Positions 13,318 through 27,042 of a stretch of DNA of 64,000 nucleotides are shown here, piece by piece (position 1 is the stretch's first letter; the number at the start of each line of letters is the position of its first letter). The DNA is taken from assembly GCA_964016885.1 (NCBI GenBank), contig OZ024742.1, positions 107,942,001 to 108,006,000 of the forward strand, given 5' to 3'. Source of the DNA: Eledone cirrhosa (taxonomy: Eukaryota). A program made the position numbers and the translations under genes. The notes beneath the pieces are model-generated. The model was not told the origin of the DNA and did no database searches. It worked only from the letters and a program-made list of their open reading frames with translations.

Positions 13318-13688
13318 ACAGAGATATCCACAGTAAGTTGTGGGGTCTAGTCTGCATGAAGAACTCAATGTAATCCATATGTTGAAAATGTAGGTGAAAA
13401 TAAATCCCGGAAAACAATAAAACATTAAAAGGAAAACAGAGTCATAATATAAGTTAAAACAATGAAATAAAAAATCAAGTCATTAGAAATATACTTCACT
13501 GCTTTACGATCGTTTCTAGGTGATGATAGTACATCGTAACTATACTTCGATATCGATCTATAGTTACGATATCGAAGTATAGTTACGATATCGAAGTATT
13601 AATTACGATGTACTATCATCACCTAGAAACGATCGTAAAGCAGTGAAGTATATTTCTAATGACTTGATTTTTTATTTCATTGTTTTAA

Positions 13689-13691
<3 letters not shown>
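13318..13691. repeat. Fold-back pLTR-like cassette (family E)
   Basis: Arms ~13452-13555 and 13585-13691 are inverted. Same family at 57685-58160. GAAA-cgatcg-TA (HHR stem-III-like) at 13626. Confidence 0.75.
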
Positions 13692-13732
<41 letters not shown>

Positions 13733-14249
13733 TATATATATATATATTTATATTAGCTTTTGTTTTTATTTTCATTGACGTCTGTTTTATTTTCATTGTT
13801 CAACACACAAACACAAGAAACACACACATACATGTATATGCATATATGATGAATTATATATTCATATAATTTGCATATTATTCAATCCGTTATACTGTAT
13901 ATAAATGCATATCTCAAGTCATATTACATTTGAAAGATATTTACGTGTAGTTTTTGTAGAATAATATAAAAAAGTATTCCTTAGATTCCTGCAACATTAA
14001 GAGAGTAATGACTAACAACAATATTCTTAACATAGAATAATTCATAGCGTGTTATATCTTCATGTTTATGTGAATTTGCATGGGGGATATCATGCATATT
14101 GATTAACGTATCAACATTTACAACTGAATGTCATATTTAGAAATATTGCATTCTTCACCTTCGAATTTTATCAACTTCAATGTTGTCTGTGGAGAAGGTT
14201 TGACATACGTGCACACTTCTAAACATAACACACACATGCATACATACAT

Positions 14250-14413
14250 GGTGGCTGCCAACTCGTTTTCGAGTACGGCCACTACTTTATATCCATGTAG
14301 GAGAACCCCAACCGATGCACTGAACGAGTGTGACTTTTTAGTCCAGCCACGACTTGAAAACTCTGGTACAAACACTACACCTGTGACAATTATTGACACA
14401 TAGTGCTGGGCCC
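14250..14413 (-). mobile_element. Short copy of the non-autonomous (TATG)n element
   Basis: Reverse complement of 6547-6710, with the same terminus abutting catacatacat. Confidence 0.75.
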
Positions 14414-14501
14414 ATACAACATACATGTATATATGTATATATATGTATGTATATATGTATACATGTATATGTATGTATACACACGTGTATATGCATATAT
14501 G

Positions 14502-14568
<67 letters not shown>

Positions 14569-14570
<2 letters not shown>

Positions 14571-15252
14571 CACGAAGGAAATGTGGTAAGGAACCAGGTA
14601 GACCATAACGCACCAAAGTACTCAATACTTAGAGTAGTAGAGTGGGTAATAGGAACGAGTAGGGGTGGTAGTTTCTTTAGTATTTTGGCCCCCCACTTGT
14701 TAACCCGTCACCGTAAGATATACTCGGTTGATTACTAATACCTCTTAAAAGTATCTCATTATAATTTCGTCCCACCTAGTAAACCTTTCTTTAGTCTAGC
14801 AGTACCAGTGAGAGACTGTCCTTAGGTTATAGTAACCAGAAATTGTTTTTTTTTATAATTAATTGTTTTTTTAACATTCTTGGTATTTGTCTATATATTT
14901 ACCCCATATTGTTTTACTTATTGTTCCGACTTCCTCACCCTCGCCCTCCCTAGTATACTTCCTTGACCTCCTGCCCAGCTATAGTTGGCACTATCAACGC
15001 ACGACTGGGTTTCCTCCACCCCCTCTCCCTCTTTCTTCTACTGGCAGGTTCAGCTACCCCTTCACTCCACAAATTGCCATGATAGAATTATGTGTCTCAA
15101 CAACAAACTTTTGACCAATCCTTGTGACAATCACTTTTACCATATATGGAATTATCCCCTGAGAAGCTCGGCTTTTCATATACCAGGATAAAAATATTCA
15201 TTTAGTCCAAATTAGCCGTCGAAACGGATTGAGCTCAGCCGTCGGGGTCATA
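14569..15252 (+). mobile_element. PLE family D remnant: inverted tail (14569-14665) plus a body ending in an HHR
   Basis: The inverted tail continues from where the + copy stops (tactcgttccta). (TA)n on both sides. Confidence 0.65.
15156..15247 (+). ncRNA. Type-I hammerhead with a long stem II (core has G8A in this copy)
   Basis: ccc-CTGAGAA-gctcggct...agccgtc-GAAA-cggattgagctcagccg-TC-gggg. Stems I, II and III pair and the triplet is GUC. Confidence 0.65.
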
Positions 15253-15411
15253 CTCGTTCCTATATATATATATATACACACATACACGCTCACTCACACA
15301 CACACATATATATATATATACACACATATACTCTGTGTTAATATACGCATATTATTTACATGTATGCCGGTAATAAATAGGTGAAAACTTATACATACAT
15401 ACATATATATG

Positions 15412-15461
<50 letters not shown>

Positions 15462-15728
15462 GACACACACACACACGCACATATATATATATATATTGTA
15501 TATATATATATGTATATATATGTGTATGTATGTATGTATATATGTGTGTGTATGTGTAAGTTTATGAAAGAATGTGTCTCAGTGAACATTCTTCTAGAAA
15601 GGTTATAAAGTCCATAGATGATATAGACTGAAATGTCAAGTACAAGAATATTTCCAGGTCAAATAATTTATTAAACCATCGGAAGAATTTACAGGAAACG
15701 ATCCATTCTCCGATCCTGTTGGTAGCTC

Positions 15729-18700
15729 GTCATCAGTAGCTAGTCATCAGTAGCTAGTCATCAGTAGCTAGTCATCAGAAGCTAGTTATCAGTAGCTGGT
15801 CATCAGTAATTAGCCATCAGTAGCTAGCCATCAGTAGCTAGTCATCAGTAGCTAGTCATCAGTAGCTGGTCATCAGTAGCTAGTCATCAATAGCTAGTCA
15901 TCAGTAGCTAGTCATCAGTAGCTAGTCATCAGTAGCTGGTCATCAGTAGCTAGTCATCAGTAGCTAGTCATCAGAAGCTAGTTATCAGTAGCTGGTCATC
16001 AGTAATTAGCCATCAGTAGCTAGCCATCAGTAGCTAGTCATCAGTAGCTAGTCATCAGTAGCTGGTCATCAGTAGCTAGTCATCAGTAGCTAGTCATCAG
16101 TAGCTAGTCATTAGTAGCTAGTCATCAGTAGCTAGTCATCAGTAGCTAGTCATCACTAGCTAGTCATCAGTAGCTAGTCATCAGTAGCTAGTCATCAGTA
16201 GCTAGTCATCAGTAGCTAGTCATCAGTAGCTGGTCATCAGTAGCTAGTCATCGGTAGCTAGTCATCAGTAGCTAGTCATCAGTAGCTGGACATCAGTAGC
16301 TAGTCATCAGTAGCTAGTCATCAGTAGCTAGTCATCAGTAGCTAGTCATCAGTAGCTGGTCATCAGTAGCTAGTCATCAGTAGCTAGTCATCAGTAGCTG
16401 GTCATCAGTAGCTAGTCATCAGTAGCTAGTCATCAGTAGCTGGTCATCAGTAGCTAGTCATCAGTAGCTAGTATCAGTAGCTGGTCATCAGTAGCTGGTC
16501 ATCAGTAGATAGTCAGCAGTAGCTGGTCATCAGTAGCTAGTCATCAGTAGCTAGTATCAGTAGCTGGTCATCAGTAGCTAGTCATCAGTAGCTAGTCATC
16601 AGTAGCTAGTCATCAGTAGCTAGTCATCAGTAGCTGGTCATCAGTAGCTAGTCATCGGTAGCTAGTCATCAGTAGCTAGTCATCAGTAGCTAGTCATCAG
16701 TAGTTAGTCATCAGTAGCTAGTCATCAGTAGCTAGTCATCAGTAGCTAGTCATCAGTAGTTAGTCATCAGTAGCTAGTCATCAGTAGCTAGTCATCAGTA
16801 GCTAGTCATCAGTAGCTAGTCATCAGTAGCTAGTCATCCGTAGCTAGTCATCAGTAGCTAGTCATCAGTAGTTAGTCATCAGTAGCTAGTCATCAGTAGC
16901 TAGTCATCAGTAGCTAGTCATCAGTAGCTAGTCATCAGTAGTTAGTCATCAGTAGTTAGTGATCAGTAGCTAGTCATCAGTAGCTAGTCATCAGTAGTTA
17001 GCGATCAGTAGTTAGCGATCAGTAGCTAGTCATCAGTAGCTGGTCATCAGTAGCTAGTCATCAGTAGTTAGTCATCAGTAGCTAGCCATCAGTAGTTAGT
17101 CATCAGTAGCTAGTCATCAGTAGTTAGTCATCAGTAGCTAGTCATCAGTAGTTAGCGATCAGTAGTTAGCGATCAGTAGCTAGTCATCAGTAGCTAGTCA
17201 TCAGTAGTTAGCCATCAGTAGCTAGTCATCAGTAGCTAGTCATCAGTAGTTAGTCATCAGTAGCTAGTCATCAGTAGTTAGCCATCAGTAGCTAGTCATC
17301 AGTAGCTAGTCATCAGTAGCTAGTCATCAGTAGTTAGCCATCAGTAGCTAGTCATCAGTAGCTAGTCATCAGTAGCTAGTCATCAGTAGTTAGTCATCAG
17401 TAGCTAGTCATCAGTAGTTAGTCATCAGTAGTTAGCGATCAGTAGCTAGTCATCAGTAGTTAGTCATCAGTAGTTAGCGATCAGTAGTTAGTCATCAGTA
17501 GCTAGCCATCAGTAGTTAGCGATCAGTAGTTAGCCATCAGTAGCTAGTCATCAGTAGCTGGTCATCAGTAGCTAGTCATCAGTAGCTAGCCATCAGTAGC
17601 TGGTCATCAGTAGCTAGTCATCAGTAGCTAGTCATCAGTAGCTAGTCATCAGTAGCTAGTCATCAGTAGCTAGCCATCAGTAGTTAGCCATCAGTAGCTG
17701 GTCATCAGTAGCTAGCCATCAGTAGTTAGTCATCAGTAGTTAGTCATCAGTAGCTAGCCATCAGTAGTTAGCGATCAGTAGTTAGCCATCAGTAGCTAGT
17801 CATCAGTAGCTGGTCATCAGTAGCTAGTCATCAGTAGCTAGCCATCAGTAGCTGGTCATCAGTAGCTAGCCATCAGTAGCTGGTCATCAGTAGCTAGTCA
17901 TCAGTAGCTAGCCATCAGTAGCTGGTCATCAGTAGCTAGCCATCAGTAGCTAGTCATCAGTAGCTGGTCATCAGTAGCTAGCCATCAGTAGTTAGCCATC
18001 AGTAGTTAGTCATCAGTAGCTAGTCATCAGTAGCTAGCCATCAGTAGTTAGCGATCAGTAGCTAGTCATCAGTAGCTAGTCATCAGTAGCTAGCCATCAG
18101 TAGTTAGCGATCAGTAGCTAGTCATCAGTAGCTAGTCATCAGTAGCTAGCCATCAGTAGTTAGCGATCAGTAGCTAGTCATCAGTAGCTAGTCATCAGTA
18201 GCTAGTCATCAGTAGCTAGTCATCGGTAGCTAGTCATCAGTAGTTAGCCATCAGTAGCTAGCCATCAGTAGCTAGTCATCAGTAGCTAGCCATCAGTAGC
18301 TAGCCATCAGTAGCTAGTCATCAGTAGCTAGCCATCAGTAGCTAGTCATCAGTAGCTAGCCATCAGTAGCTAGTCATCAGTAGCTAGTCATCAGTAGCTA
18401 GTCATCGGTAGCTAGTCATCAGTAGCTAGTCATCAGTAGCTAGCCATCAGTAGCTAGTCATCAGTAGTTAGCCATCAGTAGTTAGTCATCAGTAGTTAGC
18501 CATCAGTAGTTAGCCATCAGTAGCTAGTCATCACTAGCTAGCCATCAGTAGCTAGTCATCAGTAGCTAGCCATCAGTAGCTAGCCATCAGTAGCTAGTCA
18601 TCAGTAGCTAGCCATCAGTAGCTAGTCATCAGTAGCTAGTCATCAGTAGCTAGTCATCAGTAGCTAGTCATCGGTAGCTAGTCATCAGTAGTTAGCCATC

Positions 18701-18903
18701 AGTAGCTAGTCATCAGTAGCTAGTCATCAGTAGTTAGCCATCAGTAGTTAGTCATCAGTAGTTAGCCATCAGTAGTTAGCCATCAGTAGCTAGTCATCAC
18801 TAGCTAGCCATCAGTAGTTAGTCATCAGTAGTTAGCCATCAGTAGCTAGTCATCAGTAGCTAGCCATCAGTAGTTAGCGATCAGTAGTTAGCCATCAGTA
18901 GCT
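15729..18903. repeat. 14-bp satellite (CATCAGTAGCTAGT)n, roughly 225 copies
   Basis: Direct reading. Variants ctggt, gttag, gcc and gcga occur. Confidence 0.98.
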
Positions 18904-19296
18904 ACATACCACATATTAGTATATATTAGAATCCTATCTAAAATTATAGAATTTAGTTTTAAAATAGCTGACGGGAAGTCGATGTTTGCGTGTATAAGAG
19001 AGAGAGGGAGAGAGGGAGAGAGGGGGGAGAGAGGGGGGAGGGATATGGGGAGAGGGAGAGGGGAAATACGGGCAGATAGAGGGAGAGAGGGAGCGAAGGG
19101 GAGATGGTGGGAGAGATAGAGGGAGAGGGAGAGAGGGAGAGAGATAGAGAGAGAGGGAGAGAGAGAGAGAGTGTATGTGTGTGAGAGGGTGAGAGAGTGT
19201 GTGTGAGCGATATATATATATATATATATAGATAGATAGAGACAGAGTGAGAGAGAGGGAGAGACATGAAGAGCGTGTGCGAGAGAGAGAGAGAGT

Positions 19297-19337
<41 letters not shown>

Positions 19338-19435
19338 TGAGGAGGTGAGAAAGACACATAGCGGTACAGGATGACTTTATGTATCGATATCATGACCTCG
19401 GTGGGACATGAACTCAGCGCACTTATATATAAACC

Positions 19436-19557
<122 letters not shown>

Positions 19558-19649
19558 GTGTTAAACGATATTCAATGATTATGTCAAAGAATGAGTTTTA
19601 CAGTAGATTGGAAGCACTCTACGAATAAAATATAATTTTCCGGAGTTAT

Positions 19650-19946
19650 TAATATTAAAATATAAATATTAATAAAATAGATGTTCTTTTTATCAATTAC
19701 ATTTTATTATACATATTTTGGATGTACAACAGTACGTCCTCATCAGACAAAATATAATGATACATGACATACCCTGAGATGTTAAATGGTTAAGATTTAA
19801 TCTTAACCATTTAACATCTCAGGGTATGTCATGTATCATTATATTTTTTCTGATGAGGACGTACTGTTGTACATCCGAAATATATGTAATAAAATGTAAT
19901 TGATAAAAAGAACATCTATTTTATTAATATTTATATTTTAATATAT
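19650..19946. repeat. Near-perfect ~300 bp palindrome (centre ~19798) carrying an HHR in each arm
   Basis: Centre ggttaagatt-t-aatcttaacc. The + HHR reads CTGATGA(19850)-ggacgtac tgtt gtacatcc-GAAA-tatat. The minus copy has GAAA changed to AAAA. Confidence 0.88.
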
Positions 19947-19950
19947 ATAT

Positions 19951-20085
19951 TAGAGAATTAGCCGTCGAAACGGCTTGTGCTCAGCCGTCAGGGTCCTACT
20001 CGTTCCTATTACCCACTCTACTACCCTAAGTATTGAGTACTTTGGTGCGTTATGGTCCACCTGGTTCCTTACCACATTTCCTTCG

Positions 20086-20088
<3 letters not shown>
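19951..20088 (+). mobile_element. PLE family D pLTR end (HHR 3' half plus tail)
   Basis: agccgtcgaaacggcttgtgctcagccgtc followed by the tail also seen at 4953. Confidence 0.75.
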
Positions 20089-20140
<52 letters not shown>

Positions 20141-20216
20141 TAAATATGTGTATGTGTGCGCATGTGATATGTCTGTATACATTCATAGATAAAAGAATCT
20201 GACAGATTGCGTGTAT

Positions 20217-20297
<81 letters not shown>

Positions 20298-20532
20298 CTT
20301 ATTAAATATTGATGAAATCTTTCGTACTTACAGTTTCTTTGGTTCTATTGTGTGCTAGTTACAGCTAATTGCGTGACCTGTGTTTAACTGACCAACGATA
20401 TTTCTCTTCTCTCATGCAACCTGTTTTATATTCATGTCATATACATGAACAACGAAATACCTTAATCCAAACCACTATTAAATATTTGAAATAGATTTCA
20501 AATCACGAGACTTTTATCTCTGCTACTAACAT

Positions 20533-21160
<628 letters not shown>

Positions 21161-21196
21161 CGTATATATAAGTGCGTGTGTGTTAGTTAATCTCTT

Positions 21197-21228
<32 letters not shown>

Positions 21229-21237
21229 CATACATGC

Positions 21238-21270
<33 letters not shown>

Positions 21271-21296
21271 TGTATGTATGTATGTATGTGCGTGTA

Positions 21297-21336
<40 letters not shown>

Positions 21337-21759
21337 TGTGTATGTCCGGGAATTTCCGCCATACATGATTGTAAAAGCACAATGTTTTAAGCTTGTCATG
21401 TCGCAAGCATCTATGTGCAAGAGTTAATTCCCCAATAAACAGAACTACGACGCTCCTTCAATCTCCTGTAAAACCAAGTTACATCATTTACGTTTTTAAT
21501 GCTCATGGCATTTCTAGAACATCACATTCTGTTTATACTACCAAAATAGCGCCTATGATCCTAGTTAGGATAAATGTCTCCAATATGTTAAATCCTTTAG
21601 TTGCGTATTTCTTCCTCTGTTGTGAAAGATGTAGAGTTTCTGGTGAATGCTGAACAAAGATCGAATCTTGAGTCAAGTCGTTCATAAGTTTTAATCTGGG
21701 AGAAATACGTAAATAAAACATGTTTATCTATCTATGTTGTCTGTCAGGTTGTTCTCGCA

Positions 21760-22425
21760 CGCTTCTGGTCAAATGTAACCCAGTACAACCAGTTGCATTA
21801 TCGAAGACTAAACCGGCAACGCCACTAAGCAGGCTTGGTAAAGAGCGTGATTTTTGGTCACTTATGGGATGAAAAGCAAAACCTGTCAAAGAGCGGAGGA
21901 ACTCACAAGATTTAACGGTCATCAATGCGTAATCGAAAATCATTATATGAGGAATCTCATCTAATCTCGCCGAGTTTACATTCGCAAATAAGAAGAACCA
22001 GGGCCGCCCCTATGAGCATTGGCTTTGGTGTACTTCGTATGTTTCGGTTGCTGAATACAACCAGGGGTCGTTGCTTCTCCTGAAGGTCAATAGTTCTCTT
22101 TTAACTCGAGTGGGAGCGCCTTCCCATTGTCACGTTGCATTGATCATCTGCAAAGCTGCATTGTTCAGAGAACCACTACACCAGTCTTTCGATGCGTGCA
22201 GCTGGAACTACTGCCACCCATTGATTTGGCAGGATTGTTTTTTTTTTTTGTTTTTTTTTAGATGGCCGTTGACCCTTGTGAATTCTTCCGCCCTTTGTCA
22301 GGTTTTGTTTTTTGTCCTGCAGGGTGTCCAAAATCCTCCTCACCAAGTAAATTTGGTGGGGTCTAGTCGCCGACGACCCGATCATGCGACAGTTTGTACT
22401 GGGTTACATGCTACCGGTTGCACTC
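21760..22425. mobile_element. Two old, convergently oriented relatives of the 11920-12200 element head
   Basis: atgtaacccagtacaac...gactaaac.ggcaac is on + at 21773 and on - at ~22355-22425. Confidence 0.6.
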
Positions 22426-23159
22426 AAAAGGAAAATATGATTAAATATATAAAAAATGTTTTTACATACTTATTCCTCGCAGTTTCGGTTAAAAACCCTG
22501 TACAGTTTGTGAATATATGAAATTATAATACATTTTAACTGCTTAAATTGGACTAATATTCTATCTATCAAACTTGATGAATTATCCGTGGGATTTGAAA
22601 TCAGAGCGCAGAGAACCGAAGCAATTAGTGTAAAGCACCCAAACCGACGATACTTCTAATTCGTTGCCTTCTAGAATAATAATCTATATTAAATGTGAGA
22701 AAATGCAAAAAGTAAGCTGGTGTAAAATTGGGAAGTCGAATGAAGTAGAATGTTGTACCAAACATTCGGAATAATCCATTGAAAACAAGAAAATGAACAA
22801 GAATAAGAACATAGCAAAATGTCACAGGAGAGAAAAGAACAAAATTCGATAGAAATATTTGGAAACAAAGTAATAGAGAGAGGGTGGTTGCAAAAGTTGG
22901 TGAATGAAAGGAGGGGAAAGAATGGAGAAACTAATAATAGTAAAAGAGAAAGTGTGATTGCAAAAGTGTATGAATGGGCGGTGGCGGTTGTGTTAATGTG
23001 AGATGTATGTAATATGCTGTGAAAATAAGTATCAAAGGTGAAAGAGTTAAACACACATTCATGATTATGTGAACTTCCTAGGAGATAACTAAACGTACAC
23101 CCCCCCCCATATATATATATATTACACACACATTATATACATACATATACGTATACATA

Positions 23160-23214
<55 letters not shown>

Positions 23215-23293
23215 GTCAGCTTCTGTTGGAAACTTGTATATCAAGACGTATGTGTTTTCGAGTTGAGATATTATTATATGTGTTTTTAGTGCG

Positions 23294-23808
23294 TGGATTG
23301 GCAGTACCGGTAGAAGGTCGGACGCCATAATTTGCAGCGTAAAGTTACAGCTCTTTACGTTCTGGTTTCAAATCCTGCCGAGGTTAGCTTTGACTATCAT
23401 CCTTACGGGGTCGATAAAATAAAGTACCAGTAATGCTCTGGAGTAATTCCTGGCCTTGTACCAAAAGTAGAAACAATTATTATATGTGCTTTTCCTCTTC
23501 CTTCTGGTTTTTTTTCTCATTTCTTGCCGAGTGTCTTCTCGACACATAGGGTAGAGAAACTCAATTATTATTATCATTAATTGTGAGGGCGGTGGATTGG
23601 CAGCATTGGTAGAGTCGGATACCATGCTTTCCAGCATAGAGTTATGGCGCTTTACAGTCTGAGTTCAAATCCCGCCGAGTTTAACTTTGCCTTTCATCCT
23701 TACGGGGTTGATAAAATAAAGCACCAGTCACGCACTGGGGCTCGATTAAATTGACTTTCCCCTCCCCCCAAAAATTGCTGGCCTTGTGCCTATATAAGAA
23801 ATCATTAT
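23294..23808 (+). mobile_element. Two tandem tRNA-SINE family 1 copies (23294-23480 and 23590-23808)
   Basis: ggtggattggcag A box, gttcaaatccc B box and shared body. Confidence 0.85.
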
Positions 23809-24023
23809 TTGAGTATTGTTCCGATATGTTTAATATGGGATTATAGCTTCCCCATAGCCGTTAACAATTCCCAACTTCGCGGTTCTCAGCTCACTGGAAA
23901 ATAACGAGGAATATTGTTAGGAGTTAGTAGTGGTTAACCCATTAAAAATGTGATGACTGTTTTATCTCACAATATGGCTGCCTCAACAATAATATTGCAT
24001 TAGGAACGTTTCATTCATATAAC

Positions 24024-24190
24024 TGTTTCTACTTTTGACACAAGGCCAGCAATTACCCAGTACATTACTGGTACTTTATTTTATCGACCCCGTAAGGATG
24101 AAAGGCAAAGTTAACCTCGGCGGGATTTGAACTCAGACCGTAAAGAGACGTAACTATGCTGGAAAGCATGGCGTCCGACTCTCTACCGAT
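24024..24190 (-). mobile_element. tRNA-SINE family 1
   Basis: Near-identical to 4731-4900. Confidence 0.85.
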
Positions 24191-24327
24191 AATGAGACTG
24201 AGAACCTTTTGAAGCGATTACTGGATTTAAGGACACTATTATACCGAACGAATGCTAAAGGGCAAATAAGGATAAATGAAAATATTTAATATAAAATATC
24301 AAAGTTGAACACAATAGTTGCTTCAAT

Positions 24328-24397
<70 letters not shown>

Positions 24398-25106
24398 CAC
24401 ACACACACACATAGCTATATATATATCGCTTCAGCCACAAACTGAGACATCACCACCTGTAACACAGAGGAGTAAAAGATAACCAAATTCCGAGCCGCTT
24501 CTTTTTCGAGTCGGCCAGCATCGAGACCACCGCTGTCTTTAGTTTCTTGATTTACGTTTTCTTCCGAAAACTCGGGGGAAAAAGGTATCCCGCCAGAGGA
24601 AGGAGCCTTGTAAGGTGGAATATCTAATGAATTATTTACCGCTCGCTGTTCTACATATAATACCATGCCATAGGTGTAGAGACCCCCCCCCTCCTTCCCT
24701 GTCTTTCCATTATTCAATTTTTATTTCTCTCAACCCCCAACCTACAGTTTCTTCATTTGGAAGAGTAGATTGTAATTATAGAGCCATAATTTGTTTTACT
24801 TCCTGGCAAATCTAAACAATAATCTGTGGAAATTATTTATTTTATTCTAGGAACAATATTTGATAAGGAGAATATGTTATTTTTCTGAATATTTCAAAGT
24901 TTCATTACGTGAAAACCAATTAATTTTTCTTCATTTTCTCTGTTTCTCTGAATAAAATCATTTTATATATTTTGTATTAAAACTAATTATATTCCTATTT
25001 CGTCTGGAGCGTAATATTGTTACCGACGGCATCATTGATTAAATAATAACTACTACTGCGTCCAGAGAGCGAAAATAGCGTTAATTATGATATATATATA
25101 TATATA

Positions 25107-26010
25107 CTAGCAGAATGGCGCGGCGTTGCTCGGGCTTCTAAACATAGATTGCCATGTTTATCTCTCCTTTCTGAAACAGTACAGAGAAGTACGGAATGCC
25201 TCGGCCTGGGGATGGTGTCTACATTTTGTGCTTAGGCAAATAATTTTCCATTAAGATTTTTCAAAAGCATGTAATTCCGTTCCCTCTCTTTTTTGTTGTT
25301 GTTTTTGCTGCTGTTAGTGTAATAGCAGCCGTTGATCGTACTACTAACAGTCTCGTCCTTCTTCAGCCAATCGTGTATATCCCCTTCTGCCTCGTCTACC
25401 TAAACAATGATTGTAGCACCTCCTTGTACACAATGATCCTTGTTCTTCCGTGTCGGGCATATGCAAAGAGATTTGTCTTGCTTCTCACTCTTGAGCAGCC
25501 AACGTATAGTTGCCCGTGTGAAAAACATGACTCTTTCAAAAGAAGACCAGCAACAGCTATGGTCTGACCCTGCGATTTGTTGATAGACATTGCAAAGCTG
25601 ACTCGGTTCGGCGAATAGTTCGTTGGTTGTTTGTTTCAAGTGCTCTTCTGGTGGCAGTACGTTCAGCATCTTGCGACGTCGACTAGCAGATTCCACTGAC
25701 GATTCGTTTGTTCTTTTTCTTGCCCCTTTCGCAGTATTTCGGCCAATGGAGTTTCTCTTCCTTCGAGGCATCACATCAAAGCAGGACGAAGTACACTAAG
25801 ACTAACTGGTAGAGTAAGGAGTAAACTCGTCAGTGATGCATGTGATTTCCGAACCGTTGACTATGTAATTGCTGGCCTTGTGCCAAAAGTAGTGGGACAT
25901 TTTGGGTGACATATCGGCAGTAACAATGACGATAAGCCGTCTTTCGTGAACTAAATACGTTTATTTATATTTTGTTTTTATGTATGCAAAAATATCTGTA
26001 CACGAATATA

Positions 26011-26076
<66 letters not shown>

Positions 26077-26616
26077 TATATATATATATATATATATTAA
26101 AATAACAGATTAAAGTTTAAGCAATGAATCGCTGCTTTCACCCTTAACGGGATCTTCTGAAACTAAAAATATCAATCTGTGAACGCAGAAGTAAATATTT
26201 CGAAAAACGTTGCAACCGAAGGAAAACAGGAAGACGATACTTTGGTTCGTGAAGACGTTCCCTGGCAATGAACGGAAAATAGCGAAGATTATACGTCAGC
26301 AATGAGAACATTATTTTCATAATGCCGTAATGCAGACAGCAAGACATACAGACAGATATTATAAGGGCGCGACGTTATAGCTATGTATCTAAAAAGACAG
26401 ACTAAGAAAGAGAGAGAGATCGCTAATAAGCGCCTAACACCCCTTTAACAACAGAAAATTAAAAAACAAAAGCTGCAGTTAATATCTTTAGACCGCAAGG
26501 AATATATAAATGCAAGTTTGAAGTGAATGGGAGTAGAAATGTGGATTTGTATAGACTTTGCAAAAATTAGGACCCCCCCACACACACACACAGACAATTT
26601 CAGTTTTATATATATG
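25107..26616 (-). mobile_element. Internally deleted Helitron retaining the RepHel start and the PIF1 helicase C-terminus
   Basis: MSINKSQGQT..GLLLKESCFSHGQLYVGCSRV at 25396-25590 and MPRRKR start at ~25771. 3' GC hairpin plus CTAG at 25107. 5' tatatataaaactga end. Confidence 0.85.
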
Positions 26617-26636
26617 TATGTATATATATATATATG

Positions 26637-26671
<35 letters not shown>

Positions 26672-26673
<2 letters not shown>

Positions 26674-26914
26674 CAAAGGAATTGTGGTAAGGAACCAAAT
26701 GGACGATAACGCACCAGAGTACTCAATACTTAGATTAGTAGAGTGGGAAATAGGAAAAAGTATGACCCCGACGGCAGAGCTAAGCCGTTTCGACGGCTAT
26801 TTCTGGACTAAATTAGAATTTTTAGCCTGATTCACCAGGCTAAAAATTCTAATTTAGTCCAGAAATAGCAGTCGAAACGGCTTGAGCTCTGCCGTCGGGG
26901 TCATACTTTTTCCT
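26672..26914. repeat. Fold-back of the PLE-D pLTR (centre ~26832)
   Basis: Arms 26750-26829 and 26836-26914 are inverted. The left arm extends into the tail. Confidence 0.85.
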
Positions 26915-27042
26915 ATATATATATATATATGACACTTAATGATATTTCGAAGCGAACTACTTGAGCTACGTTTCTGTCACAAATCCACCATACACACGAA
27001 ACACTAACCCTTTATGACAGCCATTACCTCCCCATTCGTTTT

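Noticed and set aside
13590-13645. Complete HHR in family E (GAAA-cgatcg-TA)
   Set aside because: The stem III half is present, but no convincing CUGANGA strand was found here or at 57875-57930.
15729-18903. CRISPR array or ribozyme array
   Set aside because: It is a pure head-to-tail 14-mer with no unique spacers and no GAAA/stem III half, in a eukaryotic context.
25396-25590. Host PIF1 helicase exon
   Set aside because: It lies inside Helitron termini (hairpin plus CTAG), so it is a RepHel remnant.
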